Source of the DNA: Peribolospora baueri
Taxonomy: Eukaryota
NCBI GenBank assembly: GCA_029717555.1
Contig: JAMDHS010000021.1
Coordinates: 248,001 to 269,882 of the forward strand
Length of the DNA: 21,882 nt
Direction: 5' to 3'
Part shown: piece after piece, positions 1 to 11,096 of the stretch
Position numbering within the stretch: position 1 is the first letter of the stretch
How the letters are laid out: each line of letters begins with the position of its first letter
Program-made: the position numbers and the translations under genes
The notes under the pieces: model-generated
The model's database searches: none
Told to the model about the DNA's origin: nothing
Seen by the model: the letters and a program-made list of their open reading frames with translations, nothing else

Positions 1-370
1 AGGGAAATGGTCTCTTTCAGAGAGATGATCTGCTCACGCGACAGATGAGAAGGGCATGTTCTATTAAAGAGTATTTGAGGGGGCGGTCTATGTCCAAGAG
101 AAGAGAGGGCTAGGACAGTGTGCATCACTTGACGTTTGCCAGAATTTTCAAGACGAGTCTGTAATCGTGCCTGTAGGACAAAAGGCGTCGAGAAGAGAGG
201 GTCTGGCTAAAGGCATCCAGAGGAATTTTGACCGCGGCCGTCCGTCCGCCTGCCTGTTTGACTACTGTCCAACCCATGCAGGGATATGAGCGTCTGGCAG
301 AATGTGTTTGTAACTCGGTCGCACTCTGCTGGGCCAGTGTTGCCGTCGGCCAAACGCCAACTGGTGACTT

Positions 371-401
371 GCAAAAAAGTCAAAAAAAGAAAGCGCAAAA
401 A
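371..401 (-). terminator. Pol III oligo-T terminator tract(s) of the minus-strand tRNA-Tyr
   Basis: Minus strand reads TTTTT GCGCTTTC TTTTTTT GAC TTTTTT GC immediately after the discriminator A. Confidence 0.75.
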
Positions 402-497
402 TCCGACCACCCGGGATCGAACCAGGGACATTCAGATGACAAACACATCTATGCATCCAATTACAGTCTGACGCTCTTCCAACTGAGCTATGGTCGG
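402..497 (-). tRNA. tRNA-Tyr (anticodon GTA), intron-containing, copy 1
   Basis: Exact reverse complement of 1024-1119; 23-nt intron at 438-460. Confidence 0.96.
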
Positions 498-1023
498 GCC
501 GACACACGAAAGCTTTGATCACTTGCAATTACAGCCACCATACGGTATGAGAGGGGTCTTATGTAATCATGCCTCTACTTCAAAAGGCGTCCAGACGAGG
601 GGCCCGAACGGGCTCTCCGATGCATTGTTCTATGAATGTGCAGCATAACCCGTAACCCTTGCCTTCCTTCCAATAGGGCGACAAATTCAAAAGATTCGCA
701 ACGACCTTTGGCCTAATGGACCGAGCCCAAGCCGCTCTTGGACTAATTGCTCCTTCGCGATAGTATAGACTGACGTAGATTACAGATCCCCGTGAGTGTG
801 GACCGGGGCACGTCGAGTTGAGGGGAGCCACGCTGAATCGAAACCGCGCGCGGGGCTCGTCTGGATGGTAGAACTCGCCTGATGGATGAGGAGCAACGCA
901 GAGCGTACGCGTCCAAGACGGTCAACTCGAAGCCGCGGCCCCCGCCAGGCATGATTACATAAGACCCCTCTCATACCGTATGGTGGCTGTAATTGCAAGT
1001 GATCAAAGCTTTCGTGTGTCGGC

Positions 1024-1119
1024 CCGACCATAGCTCAGTTGGAAGAGCGTCAGACTGTAATTGGATGCATAGATGTGTTTGTCATCTGAATGTCCCTGGT
1101 TCGATCCCGGGTGGTCGGA
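1024..1119 (+). tRNA. tRNA-Tyr (anticodon GTA), intron-containing, copy 2
   Basis: Cloverleaf: acceptor CCGACCA/TGGTCGG + A73; D arm GCTC-AGTTGGAA-GAGC; anticodon stem TCAGA/TCTGA with CT-GTA-A; 23-nt intron 1061-1083 at canonical position 37/38; T arm CCTGG-TTCGATC-CCGGG. C1:G72 and A73 are eukaryotic Tyr identity elements. Confidence 0.97.
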
Positions 1120-1206
1120 TTTTTTGCGTTTTTTTGCGCTTTTTTTTGCGCTTTTTTTTGCGCTTTTTTTTGCTCTTTTTTTTTGCTCTTTTTTGGTTTT
1201 TTGCTC
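1120..1206 (+). terminator. Pol III terminator expanded into a tandem array of T6-T9 tracts (unit ~TTTTTTTTGCGC)
   Basis: Eight T-runs separated by GCG/GCGC/GCTC/GG directly downstream of the tRNA. Confidence 0.8.
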
Positions 1207-1591
1207 ATTGACAGACCACCGAAGAGCTTCCAACAGTGCTGTATAACATGCCCAGAACCCACATGAGTTATCGTTCTGCTGGTGAACAACAACACACGGC
1301 TCTTTCTCATCCGACCTCGTCATTCTTCTTCTCCCCTCCCCTCGCGCACCTCCCCTATCCTTCCCCGTGTGGCCGTCGTCTTCAGCGGTGTGCGAGAACG
1401 GAAACAAAGTCCCGGCCCGGCCCGCTCCCGCTTCTGAATTTGTGGTGCATCTCTGTGTGTGGGGGGGTCGGTCGGTCACCGAGCGCGGCAGACGCGAGGA
1501 TTACAGCCGTGACCGTCACGAGCAAGTGAGGTACAAGAGCGAGCGATCGTCCAGGCGACCACGACAAAAGGTATGCCAGCAGGCCACGTCT

Positions 1592-4566
1592 TCATCCAGC
1601 TTGGACGACCACCTGCCGCCGTCCTCCGGGGACGGCCAGGACCGCGTACCGTCCGCTCACGTTCCAACTCGTCCTCTCCCCGTCGACGAGGATCGCCACC
1701 GAGTTTTGCCCTTCGCTCACTTTGTCCAGCGGGATGCCCACCTTGCCCGTCGTCCCCGCCGGCGTGTCCACGGCCAACGTCATCGCCGTCTCTCCCTTTC
1801 GCTCGGCGTGCCCCGGCTTCGTCCCGGTCAACGTCCAACTGGCACCGAACCACCCGAGAGACGTCGAGAATCCACCCTGCACCTGGGTGAGGTTGGAAGG
1901 GTGTGGGAAGAGAGACCACGTCTGGCCGGAGGGCGACACGGGCTGGAGGCCGAGGACGTAGAAGAGGAGGGCGGACGTCGGCGCGCTCGACCAGCCGTGC
2001 GAGTGCGAGACATAGGACGGCTTTGCCCAGGCAAGAAATCACATCGCAATGGTCAGATTCTGGTTCCCGTGCATCCACGGTCACAGAGAGCGAACGGGTA
2101 CGACGTACATCGTATCCGTATCCGTACTGGCTCCGATACCCGATGCTCCCGTTCGCTTGATATCCTTCGAGAAGAGTGGAACGGACGCTCAGGTTGGTCG
2201 ACAACATGTAACCCCACGAACGTCTCATGAGCTCGATAGCGCGGTCGTCTTGATCCGCTTCGAAGTGGCCGTTCAGCTGCCGTCGACGAGTCGGGGCAAG
2301 GGCAAGGAAGGAAGGAAGGAAAGCCGCGTCAGTCAGTCCCTCGATCGGCGCAGCGACGAGGATCAGCCCGATCCAATTCACCTCCATTCCTTCCACGAAC
2401 GGAGCGATCGTATCAGGCAGCTCGGGCGGAACCGCACCGAGCGAATTCCAGTTAGCCTCCAGACCCTCGCTGATCTTGCCATCCTCGTCCAGTTTCCGCC
2501 CGTCAGGTCGTACCAAAGCGCCAGGCTGTTACCGTCTTCAGGATGGATGAGGGCGCCTCGAGCCGTGTCGTTATCGTGGTACATCCCTTTCCCTTCGTCC
2601 CACAACACCGCGTTGAACGCGTTCCGAAGAGAAGAAGCGCGCGAGGTCCAACTGGAAGAGAGCGCCGAGTCGTTGGCGACGGTCGAGGCGAGCGAGGCCG
2701 AATTGAGTAACACCTTGTAGAGCAGCGCGTGGGCTTCGGCGTTATGACCACCTTGGCCTTGCCGAGCCCAGTCGCGAAGACCCGTCACGTCCATGAGCGC
2801 CGTCGAGTCGACCTTGGACAGGAGATAGTCCACGGCGCGAGTGTAGTTTGACCAGTGGTACATGAGCCAGGAAGCGTCCGACGTGAACTGGTAGTAGTTG
2901 TAGCAACCTTTGCGGTTCGATGGAGACCAAGTCAAGGTCAAGAACGCTCGCGCTCTCGTAGACAAGCGCTGGATAACCCTCACCGATGAGAGTCCAGGAA
3001 TGGCTTTTTAAAGACGAGGGAAGCAAAACACCAGGGCTATTAGTCGTGTTTTGAATATGTTTGGCACGGCCCTCGTACTCACTATGTATCACTTCCTTGT
3101 TGTAAGACTACCACCGTAACAAGGCGGATGGAAAACGATAACGCCACACGCCGTCAGCGCCTCGACGCTCCAGCCAAATACCTGTCTGAAAGGAAGGAAA
3201 AGAGCGCTTACGTGGAGGCCCCGCTTCTGGAAAACTACCATCGGCATTCATGTAGGCGAACATGGTGGAGAGGGCGTTGCGCACGGGCGTCAAGTCGCCG
3301 AAAGAGACAAAGGCGGTTGGGACGGCTATGCCCATGTCGCCTAGACGGCGAAATGCCGGAGAAGGAATCAATGTAAGGTGCACACGACAAGTCAAAAGCA
3401 TGGGCACGGGAAGAAGCCGGGCAAGATAACGAGCTTACCTGGCCAGACGGCTCTGTCCCTCTTCGCGCCGTCGACGATGATAGGCGTCGAGGTACCAAGT
3501 GTGGCGTTGTTGGCCCACCCTAGGAGAGCCACGAGTAGCCGTGTCATCATCAGTAGCCAATTAGGGAATAGTTGTCAACGCAGACGAATAAGGGAGTCAC
3601 CAGGCTTCTTAACGATGGGGATTCGTCGTCCGGTATTGACGGGCACGACGTTCGTCTATCCGAGTCATACGAAAAAGACGACAGACTGGGTAAGTGATGA
3701 GCGACCAATAAGTATAATTGCAAGACACGGGCACTCGCCTGGACGGTATAGGCTCCGGCCCACCAAGCCTTGGTGAGCACCTCGTCTTCGGGCGCCCAGA
3801 AGTAGCCTCCGTAACGACTCAGATCGTCCGTTTGGGGCATAAAGTCAAGCGCTACGCTAACATTCGCCAACACCACCTGAGCAGCCGCATCACGGGACCG
3901 AGAAGCGCCCTTGGAGCCCAACGAAGTGTTTGCGGTCGAAGGCATGGAGATGATAAGGTAGCGAAACCCGCCTCGAAGACGCTCCTCCGGCATCGTGTAC
4001 CGAGAGGGTTCCGAGGAGTTGCTGAGCATTGCAGGAAGGGAAATAGGAAGATAGCCGTCGTAGTCCATGGTGTAAACACCGAGAGTGGAGTCGTCGGAAA
4101 GAGAGGGTGAGATGAACAAAGGCGATTCTGTAAAGGTCATCCGGAGCGTGGCATTCGAAGAAGGAGGCGACACGAAGTCGAAGGATACCGAGCCGCCGAC
4201 CTATGAGCGAAAAGAGTAGAGGGAGAGCAGGTCCGGTGATTTGTCCTGAGCAGAGAAATTCATTTCATCGTAGACGGTCTTTTCCTGGACGTAGCGACCG
4301 CCGCTACTTACCTCGGTTCCAAAGTCGAGCACCATCCATCCGCCGTCTCCGAGGATCGCCCCGTCACGGATGTCCTTCGACAACAAACCTGGTGCGTTCC
4401 GTACGTTCCCGTGCGTCTCCTTGACGTCGTGAGGGTACAATGTCCGCGACTTGGGGGAGATGTTGTAAGCATCCCAGGGGCCGCTCGGTGGTCCTGTCGA
4501 GCCGGCGGTGGCTCCAAGAAGGATGAAGAAGAGCAAGAAAAAAACTGGCCCGACGAGCTTTCGCAT
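1592..4566 (-). CDS. Secreted glycoside hydrolase family 78 (alpha-L-rhamnosidase-like), 10 exons; apparent 1-nt frameshift near 2470-2500 (sequencing error or recent pseudogenisation)
   Basis: Signal peptide MRKLVGPVFFLLFFILLGATAG (ATG 4566). Motifs after splicing: LDFGTE|VGG, RGGFRYL, WWAGAYTVQ|TN, IVDGAKRDRAVWPG|DMG, GSDTY|HSWTLIG, LRDWARQGQGGHNAEAHAL, HPEDGNSLA, STLLEGY, SHSHGWSSAPT, GGFSTSLGWF. Stop TGA 1592-1594. Confidence 0.87.
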
Positions 4567-4882
4567 CTTTCCGTGATTGGCTAGCTTTCGCTCGCTCCAT
4601 TCCTGGGCCTTCTCTCCGTATCTATAAGGCCGTGGGCGCCGGGCCACATCAGGCCGAGCAGTCGACTCGTCAGTTGAAAATATTGCACTCTCGGAATCCG
4701 GACCGACCGACGTTCGTGTGTGGAGACGGAGGCAGAGAGCAGGGCGGGGTCGGCTTGAGCGGCAGATCCAACGCCGCAGCACCGACGCTTGCCGCAGTTT
4801 TCGGGACGGACGTGCGGATAGTCGATCTTCGCAGCCTTCGAACGAGCAACAATCCAGACTTCCACAAACGGCCGCCTCGAAC

Positions 4883-7871
4883 ATGGGCAAGTCTCAATTT
4901 AGAAGGAAGACCCGCTCGGCGAGGCACAACCCCCTCTCTCGGCCTTCTATCGCCGTAGACGTGGGCGGCTCCTCCCCCTCCGCAACAAACGAGGCGCTGC
5001 TGCCCGTGCTGGAGAAGCTGAGCGCGGTGTCGGCGGGCGACCGGACGTGGGCATGCGCCGCGGTGAACAACCTGATCGCTTCGGACAAGGCAACGAGGCG
5101 CTTGCTGCTTGGCAAAGGCGTTGTCGGCCTGCTCATCCAGCGATTGGCGGACACGGAATGGGAGACTCGCGTCGAGGCCTCCGGAGCGCTGAGGTGGGTA
5201 GTTGCCGAGGCACGCCCTGAGCCAGAGGAAAAGTCGAACTGACGTCCCGATCTGTGCGCGTCACAACAGAAATCTCTGCATCGATGGAGGTTATGATGTC
5301 CGTGGAGAGATGTTCAACAAGAACATCCTTGCTCCGTTATTTGTCCAAATGGATTATGTGAGCGCGCGTTCTCTTTTGCTCCCAGTAGGTACCAGGCTCA
5401 TTTCCCGGTTCCGTCTTTCAGATCTCTTCCAATATGTCCTCTTCACAATCTCCCGCTTCCACCTGTGAGCCTAAAGCTCAAGGGGACGGAACAACCGAAA
5501 AGAATAGGAAAGCTCTCCGTAAGGAACGTCAGGCGGCGGAGGCGGCGGCTACGGGCAAGAGCGGGGGCGGCGTTTCTGTGGACGGCGAGGCAGAGACGCA
5601 GCGGAAACTCATGCTTGAGTTTGCAGAGAACGTGGTCACGATTCTTTGGTGTCTTGCGTGAGTAGGTTCTTCCTTCGGTTGTCTCCCAAACCGCTGACTG
5701 ACAACTTTGGCTGAACAACATTGCAGGGAGACGTCGTCGAAAATTATGCAGGGCCTAAATGCTAGAGTATCCGAGCTGCTTCCCTTCCTGATGGGCTTTA
5801 TCCAGCTCGCCGCTTCGGCGACGCTGGATCCGTCCAGTGAAGAAACACAGATGCGTCAGAAAGTGAAGAAAGGCACACGAGAAGAGTGCGTCACCGTGGA
5901 CGACGTGGGTTTGGCTTGTGGTGAGTCAGGCTTTGGAGAGAGATAGCTCCCTTCGGAATCCGGATCAATAACAATCTTTCCCGTTTTCTGTATTGTCCAT
6001 GAATCGTAGCACACACTCTCTATACGCTCACGGACGAGAATGCGCCGCTTTCTGCCGCACTCGCCTCGAATGAGGCCTTCCTCAGCATTCTCTCCCGCAT
6101 CGTCTCGACTGCATCAATCACCGACCCCGCCTCGTTCCCGCATCCTTCGGCTGGCGCTCTCCTTGCTGTCCTCGCGTGCGGAATTCTCCGCAACCTGGCA
6201 GGGACGCAACTTCCCGATTCCGTCCATGTACAGCTGGACGTGCCGGGCGGAACAACGGTCGCCTTCGAGGCGTTCGAGGATCGAGCCGTCATTCCCTTAC
6301 TGGTGGGCTTGGTGTCTCGCACGAACCTCGAGTCTGTGGCCACTCGGGTCGAGTCAATATCTCGAAGGACCCACGAGAAGGACGTTCCTGCGGAGGAGAA
6401 GGAGAAAATCCGACAGGAGGCGCGAGCGCGAGGAGAGGACGAGACCAGCCTCACCGCCGTGCAGCTCGCCCTTGAAATCTTGGGGAGCATCTGCGGAGAG
6501 ACGGGAGACGGTGATGAATGGGAAGAGGCTGAGAACGCAGACGAGGAGGACGACCCGATGGATGCCCTTGTGGACGATGCTTCCGACGCAGACGGCAAGG
6601 AGGACGACATGGGAGCGGAAGGAGACGGGGCCAAAGGTGGTAAGGCCACTTCGCTCTCCCCGCGACTGGCTAGGCTCTTTGGCGAACTAGGGCTACCGGA
6701 ACGGCTAGTTTCTCTTGCGAGGCCCACGACCGCCTCATTCCCATCCGTCTCTGGTGCGCCAACGTCTCAACAGTCGGCTGGCAATCCTTTCCCGGCCGCC
6801 AATGGCAAGACGGGTGCCTCTCCGATCGAAGACTTAGGCGGTCGTCTGCGTGTCGTCCACCTGCGCGCCCTGTCCGCCCTGTCGAACCTCGTCCTCTCCA
6901 TCTCCTATGCATTGCCCTCTCCATCCTCCGGCCCGTCCGAAGCTGAGATAGCCTCTTGGCGGGAGTACGTTGCCAGCGTCCGTCCTATCGTACAAGGCGT
7001 GTGGGACGCATTGTATGGGATCGCTACGAGCGTGGCGACCATCGACACTGTCGTCAGGCACCGCACCGCTGCGAACCAGCAGGGCCGGGGTCCGCGAGAG
7101 GAGGACGGCGAGTCGGAGGGACACGACGGAAGGGAAATGGTTGAAAGCGCCGTCGCCGGTCTCTGGGGTGTTACCAAGATGACCCAAGGGGACCTGATGC
7201 TCACTCCCCAGCACGTTCCTTCCCTGGTCGCCGCCTATCGTTCCGCCGTCACCGACTCTATGCGCGTCAAGTGCATCGGCGTCTTGAGTTGCCTCGCCCA
7301 GCGGCCGAACGCGATCGAGGACAACCGGGTGGGTCATGTGTTCTCGCGGATGAAGTGTTTGGAAATGGTCTCTGACGCCGCCATTCCCCCCGCAAACTGA
7401 CAGACGATCGGTAACTTCCTCATGCACGTCATCCTGTCCCTACCGTCTCACCCATCCATCCCTCCCAATCCGGCCACTCCGGCGTCTGGCTTCGCGCCCT
7501 TTGAGCCGCGAACGACACCAGAGGCGCTTGTGGCCGCGCTCAATGGCGTGTTCGACGTATACGCCGATGAGGAAGCTCCGTACGATGGGCCGGTCTTCAG
7601 ACAAGGCGGGTTTACGGCTGTTTTGGAAGGAGCGCAAAAGGCCGTTAAGCAGATGGTGAGCGGGCGTGTGTCTGGGTTCGCAAGGCTTGTCTCGGCCGAG
7701 TGTTCATGTCCCGTCTCCCCTCTGACCCGACCCGACCCTTGCACCACCGTCCCCCAAAAGGCTCGCCGTATAGACCGCCGCAAGTTCCCGTCTTTGCGCG
7801 TCTCCGCGGACGAGGCCATCGATAACCTCGTGGCCTTTGTGCGATACCGGAAGCAGGTCGAGAGGGGTTGA
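4883..7871 (+). CDS. SYO1: Symportin 1 / HEATR3-like ARM-HEAT nuclear import chaperone for ribosomal proteins uL18/uL5, 7 exons
   Basis: N-terminus MGKSQFRRKTRSARHNPL (basic NLS-like); RTWACAAVNNLI...RRLLLGKGVVGLLIQRLAD...EASGALR|NLCIDGG; acidic loop DEWEEAENADEEDD; C-terminal ALNGVFDVYADEEAPYD...RRIDRRKFPSLRVSADEAIDNLVAFVRYRK. Six GT-AG introns keep the frame. Confidence 0.88.
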
Positions 7872-8134
7872 GTCCGTCAAGATTTGATGGGCACACTGCC
7901 CTCCCCTCTCCTTTTCCTTTTCTTTTCTTTTCCGTCTTGCACTGGAGTCAGCTAGCTCCGCATTAACACGTGGTGCAATGGCTAATGGCGCGAGGAAAAT
8001 GTCCCGCTCCTCAGTGTGAAGGAGACCATCCGGTGTGAAGCGGTGATACATACATGCATGTGTGGTCCAGTCGCCGGAACGTCTAGCCCTGAGTGTCTAG
8101 CCTAACGATGTCTACATCAGGACGTGCGCCTTTT

Positions 8135-11096
8135 TCACGCGTACACGCCAAGCCTGTCAAAGTCCGGTGCCCAAGCTCCCATGCCGTTGTAGATGACCAA
8201 CGTGTTGTTCTTGCTCGAAGGCTCGAACCCGGACAACGAAGCTTTGTAGTTGTGCGTCACGTTGCTCCATGATTGACCCTTGTTTGTGCCGGTGAGCGCG
8301 CAGCCAGGAAGAGAAGAGAGGGTGAAGACCACGTGCGGGTTGACGTCAGCTCAGCCCGGTCGCGCTCCGACGAATCGAAGGAGTCAGCTGTTGTCCAGGT
8401 CGCCATCTGAATCTCGGGTGCGACGCGGCGTTTGCGCCGACTCACGCTGAGAGGAAAGTTGACTTTCTGAGCGTCCCCTCCATTGACGGACACGAAAGCG
8501 TCTCGTGAGTTGATGCCCGTTGAAGTCTGGAAGGAGACGTCGGCGCTGCTCGGAGGGGGAACCCATCACGACGGCGCAAACGGCGCACAGCGGTGAGAGA
8601 TCCGCGGGACTACAGAATCATCGGCGTAAAAGAAGAACTGCCTACTTGATATAGTCAAAAGCGACGTCCTTAGCGACAAAAAAAGGAATGCGAATTAGCG
8701 CTATGAGTTAGGCATGACTCGCGGACCGAAAAGGGAATGGCTCACCATGGTCGAACCGGGTCCACTCCGGACGCCCGTTAGCGTCAGCGTCCCATTCGTG
8801 GTGGAATTCTGGCCGCTGCCGACGTAGCCAACTTTGCGACCGCCGCTGCAGGTGGAGCAGTCGACGACTCGGGCGCCGCCATCGAGGCTGCCGGATTCGG
8901 CTTCGTACCAGACGGCAGGACGGGAAGGAGGTGCGTATTCGATGTTCGAAAGGTGCAAGGCGAGGATGCCGTGTGCGTCGACGGCTGCTGTGAAGCTGAT
9001 GCAGAAGTGGAAGATGGGCAAATACAGAAAAGGTCAGAATCGAAAAAATCCACTCAGTCGAGGGAGATGGGAAAAAAGGCTCACTTGGACACTCCAGAAG
9101 CCGTCTGTCCCGACCACATGTCCTTCGCGTCCGCTCTGGAAATGTTCGCGTCGCGAAAATCGATGGTGAACGCTTTCCGACTCTCATTTCTAAAGTTGAA
9201 AGCTGCGAGGACAAAGTTTGCTCCGCTCAGTTTCCCGCCCCATACGTCCTTGTCGTCCGTGTACCTCCTCAGATGGCGGGACGCCAGACCGAGCGGGTCC
9301 TGGTTCGCGGCGAGCACGGCGGGGTTGGTGAGGATGTCGATCGAATCACGGGTGAGAGCGGTCATGTTGGTCGACACCATCAGTGGGGATTTGTTGATCG
9401 CCCAAAGGGTGAACTGCGTGCGCTGCTCGGCGAGGGTAAGGCCGCCTGGGCCACCGCCTCCGCCGCCACCATTTGGGTTGTTCCCTACTTCGAGCTGGAA
9501 TGTCGGCGATAGAACGTGTGCAAAAGAGGGCCGTCCAGGTTCAAAGTCAGGACGAGGACAATGATGGATAGGAAACGTCCGTTCGAACGACATTCTCTCA
9601 CCAGGTCCATATCGGCAAAAGCGCCCGGCTCCACTCTAGGGGCGACGGGCACAAACTCATTCACAATTCGCAGGATGTCAACCCACGCCTTGTAGACGTC
9701 GTTGCTAAAACGGGCGAATGAAGAAAACGTGGACCTGTCAGGCGGAGGTAGGACGAACAAACCTTTCAAGAAATAAAGAAGAAAAAAGCTTCACCTCATC
9801 CTGTACGAGTTGCTCACGGCCTCGGCCCAGGTAGAGGGGTCTTGAACGCCCCACTGAATTCGGTCCACGGTCAGCACATATTTCGGATGCGATATAAAGA
9901 CCCATCCAAAAAATTTCGCACGCATACCTACTTCACAGAGGGCATATGCCGTCTTTGTCGCTCCGACTTGCTTCAGTGCGTCTCTCATTGCGGTGAATCG
10001 AGGCTGGCCAGAGATGGATGGACACGGTGAGCCAATGTGATGTCGATCAGCATACCTCAGGAAAAAATGGCACGACACCCACAATGACGGACGTGTTGGG
10101 ATGGTACTCGACAAACGTCTGCGGGTGCGGGAGGAGAGGGAACATGGACAGGTCTATGAGTTTTGTGGATGGAATCGTACTCCCGGATGCAAGAACGTCT
10201 CACGTTCTTCGAGGCCTGGCAGTTGTCGTACTTGAGCAGCTCGGCATTCCAGCTGTGGAACACTGTCGCATCTTGCACTTCGTAGCCTACAAAAGCAAGA
10301 AGCGAGGACGCTGAGTCCTCCAAAACCGCACACGGAGGAGGATGAGAGAGGTGGAACCCACCAAGGCTACCGATCCGGTTCTCGCACCCGTTACACAGAT
10401 CGCAGCTCTTGTAACCGGCGTCGCTGTAGATGCCAAACTTGAGGCCCTTGGATTGGACGTAATCCGAGATGGGTTTGATACCGTTTGGAAAACTAACCAA
10501 GGGGGGGCGAGGTGGAAGAAGGGGTGATGAACACCGTCGGCGCCAGACCGGGAAATGAGCTACTCGACTGAGGACAGCAAGGTTCAGTCGGATGTGGCCG
10601 CTCTCACCGAGTGGCATCCCAAGTGATGGAGCCATTGGCGTCTCGCTCTGTCCCTTGCCAGCCACAATCGATTTGGAAGTACTACAGCGGGCGACAGCGA
10701 CGGCGTCGGGTCAACTCGGGCAACGAGAACGAGCAGGGCCCATCTGGGGCTCACCTTGTAGCCCGACTTGTCCAGACCGGATTTGAGGAGGCCGCCAATG
10801 GCGCTATAAATCTGCGTTTCGTTCGGCGCGCAGTTCACGTCGTTGTAGGACTGCCAAGAAGACGAAGAGAAGCGTGGGCGAAAGCACCATGTGGGGAAAA
10901 AGGAGAATATAACGACGACGCTCACGTTGTACCCCATGATCGGCGTCCTGCTCAGGCCGTTGTCCAACGCCCGCACACGTTCGCAGCCAGTGAGGGCCAG
11001 GAGGGCGAGGAGGATGATGGAAAAGGAGCTAGGGAAACCATGGAAGGAGGAGGTCTTTCGACCAGTGCCTGCCGACGATCGCATCTTGTCCGACAT
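8135..11096 (-). CDS. Secreted GH27 alpha-galactosidase with C-terminal CBM35/CBM6-like module, 14 exons
   Basis: Hydrophobic signal followed by ALDNGLSRTPIMGYN; YFQIDCGWQG; GLKFGIYSDAG; catalytic nucleophile LLKYDNC; acid/base RMS|NDV; DMDL|LEVGN; QFTLWAINKSPL; NQDPLG; CBM part YEAESGSLDGGA...CSTCSGGRKVGYVG...WAPDFDRLGV. The start could be 11096 (MSDK) or 11084 (MRSS). Confidence 0.92.

Larger units (their letters stand above)
397..1124. repeat. Perfect 178-bp inverted repeat (arms 397-574 and 947-1124) with 372-bp spacer (575-946)
   Basis: By manual comparison, 397-574 is the exact reverse complement of 947-1124. Each arm = 77-nt 5' flank + tRNA-Tyr with intron + first 5 T of the terminator. 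Confidence 0.95.

Noticed and set aside
1..171. Stop-free minus-strand frame after a CTACAG acceptor-like site
   Set aside because: No recognisable protein motif and truncated by the window edge; cannot be supported.
179..591. 11-bp direct repeat CAAAAGGCGTC (179-189, 581-591) bracketing tRNA copy 1 as a possible target-site duplication
   Set aside because: It does not abut the repeat-arm boundaries, there are no transposon ends, and a chance match is plausible.
397..1124. Inverted repeat as terminal inverted repeats of a DNA transposon, or as a tRNA-derived SINE
   Set aside because: Both arms are intact tRNA genes with terminators; no transposase, TSD or SINE tail is seen.
207..1479. Paired near-identical short ORFs (e.g. 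MQVIKAFVCRPDHSS..., ...YGRADTRKL, KKSA/KKAQ repeats)
   Set aside because: They are translations of the tRNA inverted repeat and the T-tract array, not protein genes.
1367..2720. Long + strand ORFs (287 aa, 223 aa) and similar antisense ORFs over SYO1, IPP1 and ARO3
   Set aside because: Shadow ORFs opposite GC-rich coding exons, Arg/Ser-rich and lacking motifs.
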